A DNA stretch of 53,804 nucleotides from Planctomycetota bacterium (GTDB taxonomy: Bacteria; Planctomycetota; B15-G4; JADJEK01): NCBI GenBank assembly GCA_044225365.1, contig JBGAIQ010000040.1, forward strand, positions 1 through 53,804, written 5' to 3'. The translations under genes and the position numbers were made by a program. Under the pieces are notes generated by a model, which saw only the letters and a program-made list of their open reading frames with translations, searched no databases and had not been told where the DNA came from. Positions 1-8,278 of this stretch are shown one piece after another (the first letter of the stretch is position 1; the number at the start of each line of letters is the position of its first letter).

Positions 1-20
1 CGCCTGGCTCTTCGACTTCC

Positions 21-86
21 GGACCGCCAGGCTTCGCCTGGCGCGTCCTCTTCTTCAATCCAGAGCCGGGCAGAGCCCGGCGGTCC
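21..86. repeat. REP-like inverted pair downstream of nrdJ, same family as the 33.3 kb array
   Basis: GGACCGCCAGGCTTCGCCTGGC (21-42) and oppositely oriented GCCGGGCAGAGCCCGGCGGTCC (65-86); bases 1-8 look like the tail of a further copy. Confidence 0.75.
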
Positions 87-101
87 GAGGGACCGAGCGC
101 A

Positions 102-2561
102 TCAGCACTGCGCGTAGCCGCAGCCCGGGCATTTCACGCAGCCTTCCATGAACACGAGGTTGCCCTTGCATTCGGGGCATTTCACCTTGAAGGCCGTCTG
201 CGTCTGGTCGCGCTTGCCGCCGTTCGCCTTGCGAGCCTCTTCGTGGATCTCGTCGAGCTGCTCCATGTCGACCTCGCCGAGGAGGAGCGCCTTCAGGCCG
301 AAGCGCTGCTTCGCCTTCTGGTACTTGTTGAGCGCCTTCGCGAGGCCGTCGGCGAGCGAGGTGACCTGACCGTCGGCGGACGGCACCGAGAGCGACGAAC
401 CGATACCTTCGAGCTGCTTCATCACGAGCTCGATCGGCCCGTTGCAGCGCAGGAAGAGCGAGATCATGCGGCAGATCGCTTCGAGGTCGGACGTGGCGAC
501 GTCGCCGCCGCGGCCGAGCTGCGCGAAGACCTCGCGCTCGACTCCGCTCTTCGCATCCACCGAGATCTTCACGTGCATGTTGCCGAAGGGCGTGATCTGG
601 CGAATGCGCAGCCCGCTCATGATCTCCGGCAGCCGGATCGGGGCGATCTCGATCTTGCCCGATTCCGTCGCGCTGCTCGACGCCTTCTTGCCGTCATCGG
701 CCGCCGTCCCGCCCTTGCGACTCTTTTCGTCGGAGAGCGCCATCGGCTGGTTCTGGCGGCTGCCGTCCCGATAGACCGTGATGCCCTTGCACTTCGTCTT
801 GAAGGCGAGGAGATAGGCCTCCTTCACCTGGGCCTGCGTTGCCTCGTGCGAGAAGTTGATCGTCTTGCTGACTGCAGCGTCGGTGAACTCCTGCCACGCG
901 GCCTGCATGCGGACGTGATCCATCGGCTCGATATCGCGCGCGGAGCGGAAGACGTCGCGCATCTTCTGCGGCAGCGTTCCGATGTTCTGGATCGAGCCGT
1001 CGGCGGCGGCCTGCTCGAGGATCTTGTCGATCTCCGGCTGCGGGATCCCGTTCGTCTCGAGTTCCGAACGGAAGATCGGGTTCGTCTCGTAGAGCGTCTG
1101 GCCGTTCATCACTTGACGAATGAACGAGAGCGAGAAGATGGGCTCGATGCCGCCCGAGCAGCCCGCGATGATCGAGATCGTTCCCGTTGGAGCGATCGTG
1201 ACGCAATGCGCGTTGCGCATCTTGCGGTTGTAGTGCGTGTCCCAGCGGCTGCCCTTCCAGTTGGCGAAACAGCCCTTCTCCTCGGCGAGTCGCGTGTCCT
1301 CGTCCCACGCCTCCTTCTGGATGAACTGGGCAACGCGGCGGGCGAACGCGAGGCCGTCCTCGCCGTCGTACTTCAGGCCGAGCTTGAACAGCATGTCGGC
1401 CCAGCCCATGACGCCGAGCCCGATCTTGCGGTTCGCACGGCACATCTCGTCGATCTCGCGCGTCGGGTAGTTGTTCGCTTCGACGACGTCGTCGAGGAAA
1501 CGAATCGCGACGCGAATCGTCTTGCCCATGTCGTCCCAGTCGACGGTCTTGTCGGCCTTCACGAACTTGGCGAGGTTGAGCGATCCCAGGTTGCACGCTT
1601 CGTACGGCAGCAGCGGCTGCTCACCGCACGGGTTCGTCGTCGCCATCTGACCGACGTTCGGCGTCTGGTTGGACTCGTTCACGCGATCGATGAAGATGAG
1701 GCCCGGCTCACCGGAGAGCCACGCCTTCTCGACGATGAGGTCGAAGATCTCGCCGACGGTCCAGTACTGCGCGTGCTTTTCTGGCGTGAGTGCGTCATCG
1801 ACGGCGTCGAAGTCGCCCTTGTTGTCCGACTTCCTGAGGTAGGCCGTGCGGTGATCGTGCGGATTCACGACGGTCCACAGGACCGTCGGATCCTTCTCGA
1901 GCTGCGCCATGAACGCGTCGGTGATCGTGACCGACAGGTTGTAGTTGGTGACCTGGGACAGATCCTCCTTCAACTTGATGAAGGTGATCAGATCGGGATG
2001 GTCGATGCGCAAGGTGCCCATGTTCGCGCCGCGGCGGAATGCACCCTGCTGGATCGCGTTGGTCACGCCCGAGAGCATCTTGAGGAACGAGAGCGGTCCT
2101 TCGGTCGTGCCGCCCGAGCTGCGGACGATCGAGCCCGACGGACGCAGCTTGCTGAGGTCGATGCCGGTCCCGCCGCCCGCGCGCTGCACGAGCGCGATCT
2201 GGCGCGCGGTTTCCATGATGTCCGGGATCGAATCGTCGAGCGGCAGGACGAAGCAGGCCGAGAGCATGCCGAGCGGGCGTCCCGCATTCATCATGGTGGG
2301 GGAGTTCGGGACGAACTTCAGCGACCACATCATGTCGAAGAAGGGGTCGATCCACTTCTCGGGCGACTTCTCCGCGGCAGCCACGTGCCGCGCCACTCGT
2401 TCGAACATCTGCCGCGGGTTCTCGCAGATTCGCCCGTGCTCGTCCTTCTTCAGGTAGCGGTTCTCGAGGACGCGAATCGCGTTGGGGGTGAGCAAGCCAG
2501 TCTCCGACTCGGATTCCAGCAGATCGGCGACGCGGTTCCGCACGTTCGGCTGCATGACCAT
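102..2561 (-). CDS. nrdJ: Adenosylcobalamin-dependent (class II) ribonucleotide reductase with C-terminal extension and zinc ribbon
   Basis: Motifs PNSPTMMNAG, LSACFV, TNPCGEQPL, EACNLGS, TIAPTGTIS, KGITVYRDGSR; C-terminal CPEC...C..CPGC; start moved to ATG 2561 (MVMQPN) behind GGGAGGGG. Confidence 0.93.
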   Translation of the reverse strand: MVMQPNVRNRVADLLESESETGLLTPNAIRVLENRYLKKDEHGRICENPRQMFERVARHVAAAEKSPEKWIDPFFDMMWSLKFVPNSPTMMNAGRPLGMLSACFVLPLDDSIPDIMETARQIALVQRAGGGTGIDLSKLRPSGSIVRSSGGTTEGPLSFLKMLSGVTNAIQQGAFRRGANMGTLRIDHPDLITFIKLKEDLSQVTNYNLSVTITDAFMAQLEKDPTVLWTVVNPHDHRTAYLRKSDNKGDFDAVDDALTPEKHAQYWTVGEIFDLIVEKAWLSGEPGLIFIDRVNESNQTPNVGQMATTNPCGEQPLLPYEACNLGSLNLAKFVKADKTVDWDDMGKTIRVAIRFLDDVVEANNYPTREIDEMCRANRKIGLGVMGWADMLFKLGLKYDGEDGLAFARRVAQFIQKEAWDEDTRLAEEKGCFANWKGSRWDTHYNRKMRNAHCVTIAPTGTISIIAGCSGGIEPIFSLSFIRQVMNGQTLYETNPIFRSELETNGIPQPEIDKILEQAAADGSIQNIGTLPQKMRDVFRSARDIEPMDHVRMQAAWQEFTDAAVSKTINFSHEATQAQVKEAYLLAFKTKCKGITVYRDGSRQNQPMALSDEKSRKGGTAADDGKKASSSATESGKIEIAPIRLPEIMSGLRIRQITPFGNMHVKISVDAKSGVEREVFAQLGRGGDVATSDLEAICRMISLFLRCNGPIELVMKQLEGIGSSLSVPSADGQVTSLADGLAKALNKYQKAKQRFGLKALLLGEVDMEQLDEIHEEARKANGGKRDQTQTAFKVKCPECKGNLVFMEGCVKCPGCGYAQC

Positions 2562-2623
2562 GGAGCCCCTCCCAGAGGCTGAGACGATGGAATGGAGGAA
2601 TCGACCCGATCCTCCGCGGTGCA

Positions 2624-2639
2624 CCACAAGATCTTGGGC
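2624..2639. promoter_or_regulatory. Probable NrdR box upstream of nrdJ
   Basis: CCACAAGATCTTGGGC is near-palindromic and fits the core of consensus acaCwAtATaTwGtgt; a degenerate copy (AGCCAACCCCTGGTAT) starts 31 nt away at 2655. Confidence 0.6.
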
Positions 2640-2787
2640 GTGAAATCTCAGAGTAGCCAACCCCTGGTATTCGGCAAGGATAGAAAACAACTCCATTTCG
2701 CTGTGGTCTTCATCCGTTCCCAACACTCGTTGCGCGATCGCGACACCCCCTCGTTCGCGGCCTCTTCTCCATTTGTGAGCTGCACCT

Positions 2788-2814
2788 GGGAACTCGCGGA
2801 AAAAGGGCGACAAT
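2788..2814 (+). promoter_or_regulatory. Bipartite promoter-like motif upstream of iscS
   Basis: GGGAAC-N13-GCGACAAT-N7-ATG, same layout as before the four ECF fusion genes. Confidence 0.55.
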
Positions 2815-2821
2815 CGAGGGC

Positions 2822-4009
2822 ATGACCGCCCCCATCTACCTGGACTACCAGGCGACGACTCCCGTCGATCCCCGCGTGCTCGACGCCATGTTGCCGTTCC
2901 TGCGCGAGAAGTTCGGCAACGCCGCCAGCACGAGTCATCGCTTCGGTTTCGTCGCCTCGGCGGCGGTGAAGCATGCCCGTTCGCAGGTCGCGAGCGCCCT
3001 GCGCTGCGAGCCTCAGGAAGTCGTCTTCACGAGCGGGTCGACCGAGGGAATCAACCTCGCCTTGAAGGGGATTGCGGCGGCGTATCGCGACAAGGGCGAA
3101 CACTTCATCAGCGCACCGACCGAGCACCCTGCGGTCCTCGACACGTTGAAGTACCTCGAGGGCAAGGGTTGCCGAGTCACCTACCTCGAGGTCGATTCGC
3201 GCGGCGGGTTCGACCTCGACGAGTTGAGCGCGGCGATCACACCGCGGACGATCGGCGTCGCGCTGATGGCTGCGAACAACGAGATCGGAACCCGCCATCC
3301 GCTCGCGCAGATCGGCCGGATCTGCGCGGAGCGCGAAGTGCTGTTCTTCTGCGATGCCACGCAGGGCGTTGGCAAGTTCGATCTCGACGTCGTGCGCGAC
3401 GGCATCGACGTGCTTTCGTTCTCTGGACACAAGCTCTACGCGCCGAAGGGCGTCGGCGCGATGTACGTGCGGCGACGCGAGCCGCGCGTCGAACTCGAGC
3501 CCCTCCTCCACGGCGGCGGGCACGAGAACGGCTATCGCTCGGGCACGCTCAACGTCCCCGGCATCGTCGCGCTCGGCAAGGCGTGCGAACTCGCGATGGA
3601 GGAGCTTCCGTGCGAGAGCGAGCGGCTCACTCGCATGCGGGAGCGACTTCTCTCGATCCTGAGTTCGGGTCTCGACGAGATCGTCCTTCACGGCGATTCA
3701 GAATTCCGATTGCCGGGGAACCTCAGCGTCGCATTCCGTTACGTCGAAGCCGAGGCGCTCATGTCGGATCTCGACGACATCGCGTTGTCGTCCGGATCGG
3801 CGTGCCATTCGGCGAACGCGATGCCCTCGCACGTGCTGCGCGCCATCGGCCTCGAGCCCGCGCTCGCGCACTCGACGCTCCGCTTCGGCCTCGGGCGAAT
3901 GACGACCGACGCAGAGATCGAGAGCGTCGGTGCTCGCGTCGTCCAATCCGTGAAGCGGCTGCGCGAGATGTCGCCGCTGTACGAACTCGCGAAGATGCGG
4001 CGCGCGTGA
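2822..4009 (+). CDS. iscS: Cysteine desulfurase (IscS/NifS family)
   Basis: IYLDYQATTP, FTSGSTE, PLP-lysine motif SGHKLYAPKG, RSGTLNVPG, catalytic SSGSAC. Confidence 0.93.
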   Translation: MTAPIYLDYQATTPVDPRVLDAMLPFLREKFGNAASTSHRFGFVASAAVKHARSQVASALRCEPQEVVFTSGSTEGINLALKGIAAAYRDKGEHFISAPTEHPAVLDTLKYLEGKGCRVTYLEVDSRGGFDLDELSAAITPRTIGVALMAANNEIGTRHPLAQIGRICAEREVLFFCDATQGVGKFDLDVVRDGIDVLSFSGHKLYAPKGVGAMYVRRREPRVELEPLLHGGGHENGYRSGTLNVPGIVALGKACELAMEELPCESERLTRMRERLLSILSSGLDEIVLHGDSEFRLPGNLSVAFRYVEAEALMSDLDDIALSSGSACHSANAMPSHVLRAIGLEPALAHSTLRFGLGRMTTDAEIESVGARVVQSVKRLREMSPLYELAKMRRA

Positions 4010-4021
4010 GGGGCGCGAGAC

Positions 4022-5284
4022 TCAGGGCGTGTTGACGTAGATCAAGCGCGTCGTGGATTGGACTCGTCCGATTGCGGGAAGCGGATAGGGGCCCGCCACC
4101 GGAGTCGAGTAGTTGCTCGCGAGGTCGGTGAAGACCGTCGACAGGATCGGCATCGAGAAGATCGGCTGCCAGCCGTTCTGCGTGGTGCCGCCGTAGTAGA
4201 TCTCAGCGAGGTCACCGCCGCACGGGGCGTGGACCAGGAAGAGCCCTTCGTCGACGAAGGCGAGCTCGTTCCCGGGATATCGGCTGCCGCTCGTCCAGGC
4301 GCCGATCGCCGTCGTCGTCAGGTGGAACCACGGCAGCGTCGGAAACAGGTAGTTCTGCGATTGAAAGCTCCCCGCGACTCCGAGCGCGTCCTTGCACTTG
4401 TTCGTGCCGGTGAACTGTCGCAGCGTGTACTGCTTCGTCGCGGTCGGTGGCGCGCAGAAACAGAATCCGCCGAGCTTCGTCATCTGGCCCGAAGCGATCC
4501 CGTCCTCGACGAAGCACGACGTCGATCCCGCGACGCGCGTCGCCTCGCCGATGACGCCGCCGGAGGGCGCATTCTGTTTCTTCGCGAGGAACGGCTGGCT
4601 GAGCGAATGGGGCGCGACGATCGCGTAGGAATTCTGCGGATGGAAGCTGCCCGGCGCCGCCGAGAGATTGGGATCGTGGACGAAGAAGTCGCAGCCGTGA
4701 TAGAGCACGAGCGCGTTCTCGTTCAGACCCGTCGGGGTGCACGGCTGCACGTAGTCGAGGTAGCCGTAGTAGAAGGCGGTCGCCTCGGAGCCGGCGGGCG
4801 CGAGACATCCCGCGGCGGGACAAGGCGGCGCGATCCCGGGCATCGCAGCGGAAAGATCGGCCTTGACGGCGAAGCGCCACACCTGGTGGAAGTGATGCTG
4901 CGGATCGATCTCCTGCCAGGTGCGCGTGTAGTCGAGGACGAGCGTGCCGGTGAGTGAGGGTTGGCCGTTCACGTTGTCGGTGACGACGAGCTGCGAGACG
5001 TACTGTCCGCACGCGGTCGCGACCGGCGCCGTCCAATCGACCTTGACACTCCGCTGCACGGTCGGCGCGCAATTCGTCCAGCAGACGCCGAGTCCCGGCA
5101 TCGACACCGCGGGGAAAACGGGCAGGTTCGGCGTCGCCGGTTGACAGCACGTCCCGTTGTAGTCGAGCTGATCGCCGCCGAAGCACTGCTGTGCGCGCGC
5201 GATCGATCCTCGTGCACAGATCAGGACCAACAGGGCAATGGACCACGGTACGCCACGAAGGGCGCCACGCTTTCGTGACGTCAT
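4022..5284 (-). CDS. Cysteine-rich secreted hypothetical protein
   Basis: Signal-peptide-like N-terminus (WSIALLVLICARGSIARA), many paired Cys, GGAG RBS before ATG 5284. Confidence 0.7.
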   Translation of the reverse strand: MTSRKRGALRGVPWSIALLVLICARGSIARAQQCFGGDQLDYNGTCCQPATPNLPVFPAVSMPGLGVCWTNCAPTVQRSVKVDWTAPVATACGQYVSQLVVTDNVNGQPSLTGTLVLDYTRTWQEIDPQHHFHQVWRFAVKADLSAAMPGIAPPCPAAGCLAPAGSEATAFYYGYLDYVQPCTPTGLNENALVLYHGCDFFVHDPNLSAAPGSFHPQNSYAIVAPHSLSQPFLAKKQNAPSGGVIGEATRVAGSTSCFVEDGIASGQMTKLGGFCFCAPPTATKQYTLRQFTGTNKCKDALGVAGSFQSQNYLFPTLPWFHLTTTAIGAWTSGSRYPGNELAFVDEGLFLVHAPCGGDLAEIYYGGTTQNGWQPIFSMPILSTVFTDLASNYSTPVAGPYPLPAIGRVQSTTRLIYVNTP

Positions 5285-5368
5285 GAGGACTCCGAAGTAC
5301 GCGACAAGCAACGCGAAGGCACGAACGGCAGGTTCGATGATACCCCGGATTCCCGTCTCGCGCCCGGG

Positions 5369-7639
5369 TCAGCGAGTGAGAGCGAAGTTCCGCCGCGCCA
5401 CGACCTCGAACCCGCTTCGCGATTGCTCGATTCGGATCTTCTCGTCGAGTGGTGGATTCGCGATCCGCTGGGTCGTGCGTGCGGCCGGCCACAGCACCTC
5501 GACGTATTCGATCGACGTCGCGTCGGAGAGGCCGAGGTGCGCGGTGAGCGGGTTGCAGCCGAGCGATCCGCCGGGGGAGACGAAGGTGTAGACGTCGCGA
5601 TCTCCGTGCGGCGTCTTCAGGTGCGCTCGGATGCGGGCGCCGACGCCGAATCGATTGTCGCGATGGCCGACGAGCTCGATCTCGAGCTTGTGGTTCTTGT
5701 TGCCCGGGTTCTCGAAGAGCACGTCGCCAAAGGCGTCGTCCTGATAGAAGCCGCCGACCTGCAGGAGGACGTCGAGATCGAGGTCGCCGTCGAGATCGCC
5801 CATCGCGATCCCGTTGCCTTTCTGCAGATGGCCCATCCCCGCGGCGAACGTGGCGTCGCGAAACTTCTCGCCGCCGAGCAGGAGGACGTTGGGGAACAGC
5901 GCGGCGAGATCGTGCGCGCCGGTCGCGATGTAGAGATCGGGATATCCATCGTCGTCGAGGTCGCCGACGTTGAGGCCCGTGGCGTAGGCGACGCGCCTCA
6001 GACCGCGCGCATCGGTCTCGTCCGTGAAGTGCCCGCGGCCGTCGTTGACGAAGAGCCGTTGCGTGTCGCCTTCGATCGTGCCTTCGATGTAGTACTGCGC
6101 GACGTGATGGATCGGCTCCTCGTGGTGGTTGTAGGAGACGAAGAGGTCGAGGTCGCCGTCGTCGTCGCTGTCGAACATCGCGATCGGGCCACTCGAGTCT
6201 GGACCGAGCACGCCGCGCGCTTCTGCCTCCTCGGAGAAGGCGATCAAGTTCGATGTACAGCCGTTCATGTACAGGCGATTCGGCGCGAGCCAGTTCGAGA
6301 CGTAGAGGTCGGGATCGCCGTCGAGGTCGACGTCGCCGAAGCTGGCGCCCATGCACCGCTCGGGGTTCTCGATGCTCGAAGGCGCGGTGACGTCGTCGAA
6401 GCGTCCCTTGCCGTCATTGCGGAACAGCTTGCTCGGATGGCGCGTCGTTCCCTCGTTGCGCTCGCTCTCGTAGCCGATGAAGAGGTCGAGGTCGCCGTCG
6501 AGATCGATGTCGCCAAAGGTCGCGGTGCGCGCCGGCGCGGCGATCTCGATGCCGGCCGCCTTCGTCACGTCCTCGAACTGGCCGGGTGCGTATTGACGGA
6601 GCAGGGAGTTCGGCACCTCGTCGCCGGAGAAGAAGCCCGCGCCGCGCAGGACGAGGAGGTCGAGACGGCCGTCGTTGTCGACGTCGGCCTGGACGGCGTT
6701 GATGCCGCCGAGTTGCCGATCGATGCCGGCATAGCGCGCGACCGGCGTGAACGTGCCGTCGCCGTCATTCCGATAGAGCTGTAGCGATCGATCGGTGTCG
6801 AATGAGACGAAGACCACGTCCATCAGGCCGTCGCCGTCGAAATCGTCGAGGATCGCGCTGCCCGCGTGATTGTGATGGTTGATTCCGAGCTCGCGAGCCC
6901 GGTCGTAGAAGCGGGGGAGGATCGCTTCCGGCGCAAAGTTCTTTGTGGGAATGCGGTACTTCTCGGGGACCGAAGCCGGCCAGGTGCCGATCGCCATGTA
7001 GGCGATGTTGAGGAGCCACCGCGCGTCGAGCTCGTGATCGGTCGGGCCGAGGGCGAGCAATCGCTCGAGCACGCTCCGCGCCGCCGTCGCGCCCTGCTTG
7101 TCGACATGGATCGCCCCGCCCGCGAGCGGGAAGATGCACGAGTCCGCGTTGTGACGGGCGACGCAGTTCTTGCGCTCGGCGATACGGAAGTTCGCGGCGG
7201 CGAGGCGGAACAGGGTCTCGGGGAGCCACGCTCGCGCGACGTCCAGGTGGCCGTCGACGAGTTCGACGCACTCTTCGCCGAGCGCGATCGCCTGCTCGAG
7301 ATCACCGGTGCGCTGCAGCCACTGGCACAGCGCGAAGCGAACGGCATAGCGCTGCTCGAACGGCGTGTCGTTCGTCTGCTCCGCGAGGCGAGCCTTCATG
7401 TCGTCGATGAAACGCGTCGAGAGGAAGACGTTCGAGGGATTCTCCGCCGCGGCTTCGTGGTAGTGGCGCAGCGCCCGCTCCTTGTCCGTCGCGTCCGGCC
7501 CGAGCGGCTCGAGGACCGCGGGCACGGCGTCCTTGCAGCAGGAACTGACCGGCGGTTCCTCGACTTGCGCTGGTGCGACGGTCGATCCGAGGGCGCCGAG
7601 CGCGAGCGGGATCGTGAAAACGACGGATCGGATCGCCAC
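5369..7639 (-). CDS. CRTAC1-family protein (TPR-like region, FG-GAP/VCBS repeats, ASPIC/UnbV C-terminus)
   Basis: Repeated D.D.DGD.DL motifs, LFRNDG.G.F.DVT, C-terminal NRFGVGARI...HLGLSDA...VLWP; GTG 7639 follows AAGGAG. Confidence 0.85.
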   Translation of the reverse strand: MAIRSVVFTIPLALGALGSTVAPAQVEEPPVSSCCKDAVPAVLEPLGPDATDKERALRHYHEAAAENPSNVFLSTRFIDDMKARLAEQTNDTPFEQRYAVRFALCQWLQRTGDLEQAIALGEECVELVDGHLDVARAWLPETLFRLAAANFRIAERKNCVARHNADSCIFPLAGGAIHVDKQGATAARSVLERLLALGPTDHELDARWLLNIAYMAIGTWPASVPEKYRIPTKNFAPEAILPRFYDRARELGINHHNHAGSAILDDFDGDGLMDVVFVSFDTDRSLQLYRNDGDGTFTPVARYAGIDRQLGGINAVQADVDNDGRLDLLVLRGAGFFSGDEVPNSLLRQYAPGQFEDVTKAAGIEIAAPARTATFGDIDLDGDLDLFIGYESERNEGTTRHPSKLFRNDGKGRFDDVTAPSSIENPERCMGASFGDVDLDGDPDLYVSNWLAPNRLYMNGCTSNLIAFSEEAEARGVLGPDSSGPIAMFDSDDDGDLDLFVSYNHHEEPIHHVAQYYIEGTIEGDTQRLFVNDGRGHFTDETDARGLRRVAYATGLNVGDLDDDGYPDLYIATGAHDLAALFPNVLLLGGEKFRDATFAAGMGHLQKGNGIAMGDLDGDLDLDVLLQVGGFYQDDAFGDVLFENPGNKNHKLEIELVGHRDNRFGVGARIRAHLKTPHGDRDVYTFVSPGGSLGCNPLTAHLGLSDATSIEYVEVLWPAARTTQRIANPPLDEKIRIEQSRSGFEVVARRNFALTR

Positions 7640-7848
7640 GAACGAATTCTCCTTGGAGGCGGGGGCGAGGCGGCCACGGCACGAGAGCATACTCCGTGAA
7701 CTCGAGAATGCCGGGCGGCTCGTCCGCCGCCGTTTCGGTGCTATCCTATGGGCGCAGTCCTTCGTCGGCGTGGCGCTCCATCAGAGTGCAATGTAGGGTG
7801 CGATCCCGCGGACGACCGACGCACCAGTGAATTGACGGGAGCATCCCG

Positions 7849-8175
7849 ATGATCAAGTTGACCGAACGCGCTCAAAAAGAAGTCCGCGAGCTGATCGCCG
7901 GCCAGAACATGCCCGCCGGCACCTTCCTGCGCCTCGGCGTCGCCGGCGGCGGCTGCTCGGGGTTCACCTACAACCTCCGCTTCGACACGCAATTGAACGA
8001 GACCGATCAAACCGAGGTCCAGGGCGGCGTCACGGTCGTCTGCGACCCGAAGTCCTTCGTGTATCTCGAAGGCTCGGAAGTCGACTTCACCGACGGACTG
8101 AACGGGCGCGGTTTCGTCTTCCGCAACCCCAACGCATCGACGACCTGCGGCTGCGGAGAGTCGTTCGGGGTGTGA
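7849..8175 (+). CDS. iscA: Iron-sulfur cluster assembly accessory protein (HesB/IscA family)
   Basis: LRLGVAGGGCSGFTY and NPNASTTCGCGESF. Confidence 0.92.
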   Translation: MIKLTERAQKEVRELIAGQNMPAGTFLRLGVAGGGCSGFTYNLRFDTQLNETDQTEVQGGVTVVCDPKSFVYLEGSEVDFTDGLNGRGFVFRNPNASTTCGCGESFGV

Positions 8176-8241
8176 CGCCTCACGATTGGGGAAGGCGCGC
8201 GATCGATCCGCGCTCGTAGATTCGAACTTCTCGTGGAATCG

Positions 8242-8268
8242 GGAAACTCCGTCGCTCGCCGCGACAAT
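8242..8268 (+). promoter_or_regulatory. Bipartite promoter-like motif, ECF fusion 1
   Basis: GGAAAC-N13-GCGACAAT-N10-ATG. Confidence 0.65.
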
Positions 8269-8278
8269 TGTCGGTGCG

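Noticed and set aside
243-2582. 779-aa ORF antisense to nrdJ, and similar long antisense ORFs throughout
   Set aside because: Expected from strong GC3 bias on the coding strand; no motifs
2562-2821. Cobalamin riboswitch upstream of nrdJ
   Set aside because: No B12-box-like conserved elements recognised; an NrdR-box-like palindrome explains the region better
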